The notes beneath the pieces are model-generated. The model had not been told where the DNA came from, made no database searches, and saw only the letters and a program-made list of their open reading frames with translations. A stretch of DNA of 64,000 nucleotides from Candidatus Poribacteria bacterium (lineage in GTDB: Bacteria > Poribacteria > WGA-4E > WGA-3G), in NCBI GenBank assembly GCA_965197475.1, contig CBDANF010000003.1, positions 960,001-1,024,000 of the forward strand, given 5' to 3'. The translations under genes and the position numbers were made by a program. The first letter of the stretch is position 1. Each line of letters starts with the position of its first letter. Positions 28,620 through 38,111 of this stretch are shown here, piece by piece.

Positions 28620-29560
28620 AGTATTGGTTAAATAATGATATTCATGTTTTCTATTCCGTCGAGTTTTAAAATGTCAAACACGTTGCCATTGACACGAAAT
28701 CGTGCGAACAAAGCAATCGTCAAATCCACCATTTCTATGCTTTTGGAAACAATAATGGACTTGCGCTTGAAGCGTCCGAACCAGTGGCGCATCCGACCAT
28801 TGTTGCGTTCAATGCGATGCGTCTCCGCTTTATCCTGAACATGTTTTACGGCAGGTAGGACCGACTCATAGACCTGCCATTTGTCTGTGTAATATATCTT
28901 AGCATTGAGGGTTGAGAGCCTTGCCGTGAGTTTTTCAAGGGTTTGTTTATCACGCCCACCACATTCCCAGTCAATGAGGTATCCTGTGTTTCTGTCAAGT
29001 GCCTTCCATATCCAGAGTTTGTTTTTCTTGTTCCCAATATAGTGCCACATCTCATCAAGTTCCAAGCAGACGGTGGTGCCGGGTGTGAGTGTTTGTTTCG
29101 GTGCCTGTTTTTTAGCAAAGGTGCGTATCCATTGAAGCACAGTTGTTACGTGGCATCCGACAAGTTTTGAGATAGCATTCATTGAGATGCCGTGGCAATA
29201 TAAGAGAACGGCGAGAGTTTTCTGTGCTTGTGGTTTCCCCCGGGGTGTTGTGCGCGTCCATTGATAACCGCAGTTTTTGCATTTATAGCGTTGTTTAGTT
29301 TTGACGAACCCGTTTTTGACGAAGTGAGTGTGTTGACATCTTGGGCAATTCTTCATGGTGTCCTCTATAGAGCAGCGAGTTTGTTTTCAATAAGGATATA
29401 GGTTTTAGATACATCTGTCAATCAAAATCAGTTTATTAGTTTGATTTTGATTGACAATTTTTGTCATAAGTGTTATCATTAACTCTACTCTAATTGAAAT
29501 GTGATGCAGAGTGGTTCAGAGGGTACCCACTAATTACCGCATCATTATTTAACCAATACC
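28620..29560 (-). mobile_element. IS1-family element with single-ORF transposase (28628..29356)
   Basis: CPRC...YKCKNC zinc finger, ELDEMW, YTDKW, IERNN..RH; 19-bp perfect TIR GTATTGGTTAAATAATGAT at 28621-28639 and 29541-29559. Confidence 0.9.
29393..29479. promoter_or_regulatory. Back-to-back sigma70 promoters inside the IS1 end
   Basis: Minus strand TTGACA-17-TATCCT toward the transposase; plus strand TTGACA(29451)-17-TATCAT(29474) with TGn, pointing outward. Confidence 0.6.
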
Positions 29561-29706
29561 CTCTTGTCTGTGTGAGGTACGGCTATTTTGTGTGATACGC
29601 AAGCGAATAGACGCAACGCAGAAAGCCCATACCCCTTTACAGAAACACATTGGAAATTAGCTACCTGTCAAGTATGACGCAGGCAGCTAATAAAGGAGAT
29701 ACGGAT

Positions 29707-31233
29707 ATGATGGCATTTGTAAAAGATTATTGGAAATCTTCTCTACTCGGTGCCCTTGGCGCACTCGTGTTGCTCTACATCGGGATCTTTATTTATGACA
29801 GATTGATCCCGAACGCAACACGAGAAGTAGCAAGTGCAGACACCCACAACACCGCGAAACCACCTCCACCCGGTGCAACACCCGGCGGACATTGGCACGG
29901 AGGCGAATGGCACGACGCACCGCAGACCTCGCCGCCAAAAATCAAACGCGTGCGTACCAAGACGAATACCCGCCAAAACCCTTCCCTGAAGAACATTGGT
30001 CCCATAATTCCCATTACTAGTCCCAAGCCGCCGCCATCTCTTCCAACAGATATCCAAACGCGCCTCAAACAGATATATCGGCAAATGGTTGCAGCAGGAA
30101 CAATGTACGAGATACAGGATGGCAGCCTTGAAATTACCGAGGCAGCGCACAAACGAAGGTATGAAGTGCTTGTCGGTGATATGATCCCAGAGGATGCTGT
30201 CGCCTTCCTTGAAACACACGGAATTTATAACCCCATCATTTTAGACAAACTGGAACCTCGTCGTGCTATTGACTATCTCTATAAAGTGAAGGCGCGTCAG
30301 AAAGACAGAGAAACCTATGCAAGAAGTGTCCTTGCCAGAGACCCAGGCAATCCGGATGCCCAAATGGTGCTGCTGAGTACTGAACCAGATAACGCAACAG
30401 CGGCCGCAGGATACCGAAACATTGTCGCTAAGGATCCTAAAAACATCCGTGTGCTCAACAGATTAGGATATCGACTGCATTACGACCATCCAGAAGAGGC
30501 AATTCAGTACCTAAAGAAAGCAAACAACCTTGACGCTACACGCGGTTTATATAATTTGGGGTTGGCGTATGAACGACTCGGCGATGTCAAAACCGCATGG
30601 CTCTACTACAGAAAGCAGCAAACGATACAGAACGGTGACCTCGTTGTCCTACACAAACGCGCGATTGAAATGGGCAAACCCTTATATAAGTCGATTTCGC
30701 GCACATCTTCCCCGATACCTGAATCCGATGAAATGCTAATGGACATCGGAGATATGACACACGAAGAAACGTTTGCACCGGTTGCTGAAGAAACCCCTCG
30801 GCTCCCGGAACTCCTACCCGAAGAACGCCACACATCGGAAAATCAACCGATAAACAAAGAAGACCGAAAAGCTGCACGTGCTGAAGCTGCACGTGCAGAA
30901 TTCCAACGACAGCAGACAGAATTCCAACAGCACGCTGCCGCACAGCGAGAGTTGGAAGAATTCCTCAAATGGGCGGAAAGCATCATGACCGCTGACGAGT
31001 CTATTGACTTTGATGACTTCCTCTCAAAGGAGTTCGCGGCACACCTCAAGGGTGGCGATGCCCTGTTTGAACCGGAACGTACCGTCCGCGCTTTTGAAAT
31101 GATTGAACGATACGGTCCTAAAAAAGGCTTACAGAAGCTTAAAGAAAAGGACCCCGAACTTGCGAAACAGATGGAACGTCTTATTGAAGAAAGGCGACCA
31201 CCTCGCCGCAACAACCCACAAAACAGAAAATAA
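29707..31233 (+). CDS. Membrane-anchored TPR protein
   Basis: AAGGAG SD, N-terminal TM, GGHWHGGEWH motif, TPR-like LYNLGLAYERLGD. Confidence 0.7.
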   Translation: MMAFVKDYWKSSLLGALGALVLLYIGIFIYDRLIPNATREVASADTHNTAKPPPPGATPGGHWHGGEWHDAPQTSPPKIKRVRTKTNTRQNPSLKNIGPIIPITSPKPPPSLPTDIQTRLKQIYRQMVAAGTMYEIQDGSLEITEAAHKRRYEVLVGDMIPEDAVAFLETHGIYNPIILDKLEPRRAIDYLYKVKARQKDRETYARSVLARDPGNPDAQMVLLSTEPDNATAAAGYRNIVAKDPKNIRVLNRLGYRLHYDHPEEAIQYLKKANNLDATRGLYNLGLAYERLGDVKTAWLYYRKQQTIQNGDLVVLHKRAIEMGKPLYKSISRTSSPIPESDEMLMDIGDMTHEETFAPVAEETPRLPELLPEERHTSENQPINKEDRKAARAEAARAEFQRQQTEFQQHAAAQRELEEFLKWAESIMTADESIDFDDFLSKEFAAHLKGGDALFEPERTVRAFEMIERYGPKKGLQKLKEKDPELAKQMERLIEERRPPRRNNPQNRK

Positions 31234-31279
31234 AAGGTTCCCATATTTGAAACCCCTTTCACAAAAAAGGAGAACTATT

Positions 31280-33067
31280 ATGAGAATTATATCAATTTTA
31301 GCTTGCACCCTTTACCTTCTGTGTCTTTTCAACCATGGAGGCACCACTCTCGTGGCAGAGCAAACAGAATCCATAGATATTAATGTGACAAACCATGAAA
31401 CCTTGCTTCAAGGTTGGCGACCGTACGCTGACACCGATCTGACGTTTGAGATAAAGGTCACCGTACCTGCCGATTTTGCAAGTGGCAAGCTGGTCGCAGC
31501 ACTCCAGAATGTGACAAACTACCTTGGTAAAAGTGGAAATGTGCCCAACAGAATTGTCTGTCCAACCGAAAAAGAGATAGCTGACCGCGAATCGTTTGAG
31601 ACTAACTTTCCGGAACATAGCGAAAATCTGCCTGAGCTTAGGTGCGAAACAGGTTCTTCCAGCACAGACCAAAGTCTTGATCTACAGCTGTTTAAGGAAA
31701 AGGAAATAGACGGCCAAATGGTGAATGTAAATGTCGGTTGGTCGATGGATGAGAGTACATTCAGTTACACCTTCAGTACCAATGACGAAGGGAAGGTGTC
31801 AACGATTAATCTCCGCGTTGACTGTATGGACTATGCCGCTTATGGCGAATTAGTATTGACCGCATCAGGTTCTGGCTACACATCAAACACAATCGTCATA
31901 AAGATACCCAAAGATACAAATGGGAACAAAATTGCCGACTCCTGGCAAAACGATATTACTGTGGACTACGATCCAGATGCCGATACTGATACAGGTCCCA
32001 ATACCAGGCTCGGCGATAATATCACCGTACTCAACGAATACCGAGGGCTCAATGTTAACGGCTCCTGGACAGAGACCGATCCTGATGCATGGGATGTGTT
32101 CATCCGGATTGATGAATCACTTTCCGATTATGGCATCGGCACTGCAAGTGCTTTACCTTCTATGACACTCCATGAGATGGGAACAAACGAGGTAACTCAT
32201 TTAGATGGGATAGTCTATCACAATCAGATCGCGAGCGCAGGAAATAGTGTATCTGGTTATGTTCGCGCCATTAGACTTGAGGCAGACACTGATTCTGAAC
32301 TTGATAGTTGCAGAAACACATTAGGAGCTTTGCTGTTGACTGGACCTCCCTCAGTTAGTTCACGCGGGATGATCTACATCAATCGTATAGATACATTTTT
32401 ATCAACCTGTCTTGAGGGGACAGACCTCACAAGTATAAAACAAAATTATATAGAGGCTATCATCGGGCATGAGATCGGGCACGGTGTTAATCTCTGGCAC
32501 TGTCCGTGTTTTGATGATGTCAACTGTTATATGTGGAACACACCGGATGCCGTACTTCACCATGTAACAGCGTTTGCCAGTCATCATAATGAAGACTATG
32601 CTTTAAAAGGCACCGTATGTGCACAGGCATCCAATGATGATCTCCCTGATAGAATATATATTCCTGGGACAGGAGTAGTTGCCCGAGAAGACGAAGACGT
32701 TAATGCGGACGGTGTTGTCAATATTTTAGACCTACTCCTGGTTGCGTCAAACATCGGCACGAGCGGACCGCATGTCGCGGATGTTAACGGTAGCGGTTCT
32801 GTTGATATTAATGATTTGGTGGCTGTCGCTAACGTCTTTTCGAATCCGACTTCCTCCGCGTGTACATGTCTGCGCGAAGATGTTAATAGGGACGGTGTTG
32901 TTGATATTCTGGACCTAAACTTGGTTGCGTCAAACATCGGTGTGTCAACCGTTGGCCACAACGCAGGACATGTTGCAGATGTTAACGGTGATTGTTATGT
33001 TAATATTCAGGACTTGGTGTTGGTTGCCGCGGCATTTGGGAATACGGCTGCTGCCCCTGAAGAATAG
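31280..33067 (+). CDS. Secreted zincin-like (HEIGH) protein with dockerin/EF-hand repeats
   Basis: Signal peptide, GHEIGHGVNLWH, four DVNxDGxVxIxDL-type repeats. Confidence 0.72.
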   Translation: MRIISILACTLYLLCLFNHGGTTLVAEQTESIDINVTNHETLLQGWRPYADTDLTFEIKVTVPADFASGKLVAALQNVTNYLGKSGNVPNRIVCPTEKEIADRESFETNFPEHSENLPELRCETGSSSTDQSLDLQLFKEKEIDGQMVNVNVGWSMDESTFSYTFSTNDEGKVSTINLRVDCMDYAAYGELVLTASGSGYTSNTIVIKIPKDTNGNKIADSWQNDITVDYDPDADTDTGPNTRLGDNITVLNEYRGLNVNGSWTETDPDAWDVFIRIDESLSDYGIGTASALPSMTLHEMGTNEVTHLDGIVYHNQIASAGNSVSGYVRAIRLEADTDSELDSCRNTLGALLLTGPPSVSSRGMIYINRIDTFLSTCLEGTDLTSIKQNYIEAIIGHEIGHGVNLWHCPCFDDVNCYMWNTPDAVLHHVTAFASHHNEDYALKGTVCAQASNDDLPDRIYIPGTGVVAREDEDVNADGVVNILDLLLVASNIGTSGPHVADVNGSGSVDINDLVAVANVFSNPTSSACTCLREDVNRDGVVDILDLNLVASNIGVSTVGHNAGHVADVNGDCYVNIQDLVLVAAAFGNTAAAPEE

Positions 33068-33180
33068 CTGCGCAATCTATACTGTGTCGTCTGAATCTCG
33101 GATTTACGCGGATTACACAGATTACGCGGATTATTGCTATCCTGTGCAGAAATACACATTCTATATAGAGCAGAATTTCT

Positions 33181-33326
33181 GTAGGAGCGATCTCCGAATC
33201 GCGATCTTTACCTTGTCATCACCAGACATATAATCCGCGAAATCCGACACATGCCACACGCGCATTTGGCGTTGATTTGGTGCTAATTCGCGATTCGGAC
33301 AACGCGCGGTTGGAAATCGCACCTAC
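33181..33326. repeat. Inverted GTAG-REP pair (REPIN-like); repeated at 35550-35695 and 37913-38058
   Basis: GTAGGAGCGATCTCCGAATCGC ... GCGGTTGGAAATCGCACCTAC. Confidence 0.65.
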
Positions 33327-33379
33327 CGTGCGCGGTGAGCGTTCTGTGCTTTCTTATGAGCAAAAGGAGATAGACAACC

Positions 33380-35434
33380 ATGATGACCAAATTATTTTTG
33401 ATTTTAACGATTTTGTTTGCGGCACTTACACTAAACACCTTCGCGCAAGATTCAACGCAATGGCACCTACCGGAAGGTGCGAAAATGCGTATCGGTAAGG
33501 GCATCCTGCGTGAAGTAGCATATTCTCCGGATGGCACGCTTTTGGCGGTGGCAAGCGGTATTGGCATTTGGCTCTACGATGCACAAACTGGTGAGGAACT
33601 TGACCTGCTCACGGTGCATACATCCGGGGTCGAAGTGGTATCGTTCAGTCCGGATGGAAAAATGATCGCAGGAGGACATTGGGACGGTGCCATCCGCCTG
33701 TGGGATGTGGACATCAGACAAGAGCTCCGCGTCCTCACAGGGCATACGGATGCAGTCAATAACGTATCGTTCAGTCCGGATGGGAAAATTATCGTAAGTG
33801 GAAGTGTTAACGGCAAAATCTATCTATGGGATACGGACACAGGACAACTTCTCTACAGACCTCCGAGGGTTGGATATTGGACCGCTAACAGTGTCTTGTT
33901 CAGTCCGGATGGTAAGATAATCGCAAGCGATGGAAAAACTTTCGCAAATGACGGAGGCGACAGCACTATCCGCTTGTGGGATGCGGACACAGGACAACTC
34001 CTCCGCAGCATTCGGGGGTTAAATAATTCCGAAAGCATCGTGTTCAGTCCGGATGGGAAAACAATTGCAAGTGCAGATTCGAGAAGTTTCATCAGTCTGT
34101 GGGATGTGGATACAGGCAGATACGTCCGCGGACTTAAGGGGCATACGGATGTTGTTCTTAGTGTAGCATTCAGTGCGGATGGCAAGAAAATCGTAAGTGG
34201 TAGTCGTGATAACACCGCCCGTCTTTGGGATGTCGACACAGGCAGACACGTCCGAACATTCACTGGATATACGGATGATGTTCTTAGCGTATCGTTTAGT
34301 CCGGATGGAAACACAATCGCAAGTGGCAGTGACGACGGCACCGTCCGTCTGCGGGATGTGGACACAGGCAAACATCTCCACACAATCACTGGGTATACGC
34401 AACCGATCTTTAGCGTAGCATTGAGTCCGGATGGAAACACAATCGCAAGTGGCAGTTTGGAAGGCACCATCTGTCTATGGGAAACGAACACCGGACAACT
34501 TCTCCGAACAATCACTGGGCATAAGTATGCTGTTCTTAGCGTCGCATTCAGTCCGGATAGAAAAAAAATCGCAAGCGGCGGTTGGGACGACAACACCATC
34601 CGCTTGTGGGATACGGACACAGGACAACTCATACGAACAATCACTGGGAATAGTTCAAGTGTCTGGAGCGTCGCGTTCAGTCCGAATGGAAAGACGCTCG
34701 CAAGTGGGAGTGACGATGACACCATCCGGCTATGGGATACTGACACGGGACAACTCCTTCAAACACTTATAGAACATACGTCGTTGCCCTTTAGCGTCGT
34801 ATTCAGCCCGGATGGAAAAAAAATCGCAAGTGGAAGTCGGGACAATACCATCCGTTTGTGGGATGTGAACACAGGACAACTCCTTCAAACACTTATAGGG
34901 CATACATCGGATGTCAATAGCGTTGTGTTCAGTTCGGATGGAGAGACAATCGCAAGTGGCAGTCGTGACAACACCATCCGCCTGTGGGATGCGGACACCG
35001 GCCAACACCTCCGAACACTTATAGGGCATACGGGTTTGGTCTATAGCGTCGTGTTCAGTCCGGACAGCAAGACACTCGCAAGTGGAAGTAGTTTGGAAGA
35101 CACTATCCGCTTGTGGGATGCCGACACCGGACAACTCCTCCGAACAATCACTGGGCATACAGCTGGGGTAACTGGCGTCGTATTCAGTCCGGATGGAAAC
35201 ACACTCGCAAGTGGAAGTCTTGACCAAACGGTGCTTTTGTGGGATATTACATCTCAATCACTGCCCGCAGATATCAATGGGGATGGTGTTGTCAATATTC
35301 AGGATTTGGTTGTTGTGGCGAATGCTTTTGGCGAAGCAGAACCGGATCTTAACGGCGATGGTATTGTGAATATTCAGGACTTGGTGATTGTGGCAGCGGC
35401 ATTTGGGAATACGGCTGCTGCCTCTGAAGAATAG
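33380..35434 (+). CDS. Secreted WD40 repeat protein with C-terminal dockerin (copy 1)
   Basis: Signal peptide, about 14 GH..FSPDG..WD repeats, DINGDGVVNIQDL tail. Confidence 0.92.
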   Translation: MMTKLFLILTILFAALTLNTFAQDSTQWHLPEGAKMRIGKGILREVAYSPDGTLLAVASGIGIWLYDAQTGEELDLLTVHTSGVEVVSFSPDGKMIAGGHWDGAIRLWDVDIRQELRVLTGHTDAVNNVSFSPDGKIIVSGSVNGKIYLWDTDTGQLLYRPPRVGYWTANSVLFSPDGKIIASDGKTFANDGGDSTIRLWDADTGQLLRSIRGLNNSESIVFSPDGKTIASADSRSFISLWDVDTGRYVRGLKGHTDVVLSVAFSADGKKIVSGSRDNTARLWDVDTGRHVRTFTGYTDDVLSVSFSPDGNTIASGSDDGTVRLRDVDTGKHLHTITGYTQPIFSVALSPDGNTIASGSLEGTICLWETNTGQLLRTITGHKYAVLSVAFSPDRKKIASGGWDDNTIRLWDTDTGQLIRTITGNSSSVWSVAFSPNGKTLASGSDDDTIRLWDTDTGQLLQTLIEHTSLPFSVVFSPDGKKIASGSRDNTIRLWDVNTGQLLQTLIGHTSDVNSVVFSSDGETIASGSRDNTIRLWDADTGQHLRTLIGHTGLVYSVVFSPDSKTLASGSSLEDTIRLWDADTGQLLRTITGHTAGVTGVVFSPDGNTLASGSLDQTVLLWDITSQSLPADINGDGVVNIQDLVVVANAFGEAEPDLNGDGIVNIQDLVIVAAAFGNTAAASEE

Positions 35435-35748
35435 CTGCGCAATCTATACTGTGTCGTCTGAATCTCGGATTTACGTGGATTACACAGATTACGCGGATTA
35501 TTGCTATCCTGTGCAGAAATACACATTCTATATATAGAGCAGAATTTCTGTAGGAGCGATCTCCGAATCGCGATCTTTACCTTGTCATCACCAGACATAT
35601 AATCCGCGAAATCCGACACATGCCACACGCGCATTTGGCGTTGATTTGGTGCTAATTCGCGATTCGGACAACGCGCGGTTGGAAATCGCACCTACCGTGC
35701 GCGGTGAGCATTCTGTGCTTTCTTATGAGCAAAAGGAGATGGACAACC

Positions 35749-37797
35749 ATGAAGACCAAATTATTTTTGATTTTAACGATTTTGTTTGCGGCACTTACAC
35801 TAAACACCTTCGCGCAAGATTCAACGCAATGGCACCTACCGGAAGGTGCGAAAATGCGCATCGGTAAAGACATCCTACGTGAAGTAACATATTCTCCGGA
35901 TGGCACGCTTTTGGCGGTGGCAAGCGGTATTGGCATTTGGCTCTACGATGCACAAACTGGTGAGGAACTTGACCTGCTCACGGTGCATACATCCGGGGTC
36001 GAAGTGGTATCGTTCAGTCCGGATGGAAAAATTATCGCAGGAGGACATTGGGACGGTGCCATCCGCCTGTGGGATGTGGACATCAGACAAGAGCTCCGCG
36101 TCCTCACAGGGCATACGGATGCAGTCAATAATGTATCGTTCAGTCCGGATGGGAAAATTATCGTAAGTGGAAGTGTTAACGGCAAAATCTATCTATGGGA
36201 TACGGACACAGGACAACTTCTCTACAGACCTCCGAGGGTTGGATATTGGACCGCTAACAGTGTCTTGTTCAGTCCGGATGGTAAGATAATCGCAAGCGAT
36301 GGAAAAACTTTCGCAAATGACGGAGGCGACAGCACTATCCGCTTGTGGGATGCGGACACAGGACAACTCCTCCGCAGCATTCGGGGGTTAAATAATTCCG
36401 AAAGCATCGTGTTCAGTCCGGATGGGAAAACAATTGCAAGTGCAGATTCGAGAAGTTTCATCAGTCTGTGGGATGTGGATACAGGCAAATACGTCCGCGA
36501 ACTTAGGGGGCATACAGATGCTGTTCTTAGTGTATCGTTCAGTCCGGATGGCAAAAAAATCGTAAGTGGTAGTCGTGATAACACCGCCCGTCTTTGGGAT
36601 GTCGACACAGGCAGACACGTCCGAACATTCACTGGATATACGGATGATGTTCTTAGCGTATCGTTTAGTCCGGATGGAAACACAATCGCAAGTGGCAGTG
36701 ACGACGGCACCGTCCGCCTGCGGGAGGTGGACACAGGCAAACATCTTCACACAATCACTGGGTATACGCAACCGATCTTTAGCGTAGCATTGAGTCCGGA
36801 TGGAGAGACACTCGCAAGTGGGAGTTTGAAAGGCACCATCGGTCTATGGGATACGGACACAGGACAACTCCTACGAACACTTGTAGGGCATACGGATGCT
36901 GTTTTTAACGTCGTGTTCAGTCCGGATGGGAAGACACTCGCAAGTGGTGAAATTTTCGACAACACTATTCGTCTATGGGATACGGACACAGGACAACTTC
37001 TGCGAATAATCACTGAGCATAAAGATGTCTGGAGCGTTGTATTCAGTTCGAATGGAGAGACAATCGCAAGTGGAAGTGGCGACGACACCATCCGTCTGTG
37101 GGATGTGGACACCGGACAACACATCCGCACATTTATAGGGCATACATCGCCTGTCTATAGCGTTGTGTTCAGTCCGGATGGAAACACACTCGCAAGTGGA
37201 AGTTGGGACAATACCATCCGTCTATGGGATGCAAACACCGGACAACACATCCGCACATTTATAGGGCATACATCGAATGTCTATAGCGTTGTGTTCAGTC
37301 CGGATGGAGAGACAATCGCAAGTGGAAGTGGTGACAACACCATTCGCTTGTGGGATGCGGACACCGGACAACACCTCCGCACAATCACTGGGCATACGTA
37401 TTTGGTTTTTAGCGTCGTGTTCAGTCCGGATGGGAAGACACTCGCAAGTGGAAGTGCAGATGACACCATCCGTCTATGGGATGTGGACACCGGACAACAC
37501 ATCCGCACAATCACAGGACATACGGGTACAGTCATCAGTGTCGTGTTCAGTCCGGATGGGAAGACACTTGTAAGTGGAAGTGTTGACGGTACGATGTTTC
37601 TATGGGATATTGCATCTTCAACACTGCCTGAAGATATCAATGGGGACGGTTTTGTGAATATTCAGGATTTGGTTGTTGTTGCGAATGCTTTTGGCGAAGC
37701 AGAACCGGATCTTAACGGCGATGGTATTGTGAATATTCAGGACTTGGTGATTGTGGCAGCGGCATTTGGAAATACGGCTGCTGCCTCTGAAGAATAG
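35749..37797 (+). CDS. Secreted WD40 repeat protein with C-terminal dockerin (copy 2)
   Basis: As copy 1; start MKTKL after AAGGAG. Confidence 0.92.
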   Translation: MKTKLFLILTILFAALTLNTFAQDSTQWHLPEGAKMRIGKDILREVTYSPDGTLLAVASGIGIWLYDAQTGEELDLLTVHTSGVEVVSFSPDGKIIAGGHWDGAIRLWDVDIRQELRVLTGHTDAVNNVSFSPDGKIIVSGSVNGKIYLWDTDTGQLLYRPPRVGYWTANSVLFSPDGKIIASDGKTFANDGGDSTIRLWDADTGQLLRSIRGLNNSESIVFSPDGKTIASADSRSFISLWDVDTGKYVRELRGHTDAVLSVSFSPDGKKIVSGSRDNTARLWDVDTGRHVRTFTGYTDDVLSVSFSPDGNTIASGSDDGTVRLREVDTGKHLHTITGYTQPIFSVALSPDGETLASGSLKGTIGLWDTDTGQLLRTLVGHTDAVFNVVFSPDGKTLASGEIFDNTIRLWDTDTGQLLRIITEHKDVWSVVFSSNGETIASGSGDDTIRLWDVDTGQHIRTFIGHTSPVYSVVFSPDGNTLASGSWDNTIRLWDANTGQHIRTFIGHTSNVYSVVFSPDGETIASGSGDNTIRLWDADTGQHLRTITGHTYLVFSVVFSPDGKTLASGSADDTIRLWDVDTGQHIRTITGHTGTVISVVFSPDGKTLVSGSVDGTMFLWDIASSTLPEDINGDGFVNIQDLVVVANAFGEAEPDLNGDGIVNIQDLVIVAAAFGNTAAASEE

Positions 37798-38111
37798 CTG
37801 CGCAATCTATACTGTGTCGTCTGAATCTCGGATTTACGTGGATTACACAGATTACGCGGATTATTGCTATCCTGTGCAGAAATACACATTCTATATATAG
37901 AGCAGAATTTCTGTAGGAGCGATCTCCGAATCGCGATCTTTACCTTGTCATCACCAGACATATAATCCGCGAAATCCGACACATGCCACACGCGCATTTG
38001 GCGTTGATTTGGTGCTAATTCGCGATTCGGACAACGCGCGGTTGGAAATCGCACCTACCGTGCGCGGTGAGCATTCTGTGCTTTCTTATGAGCAAAAGGA
38101 GATGGACAACC

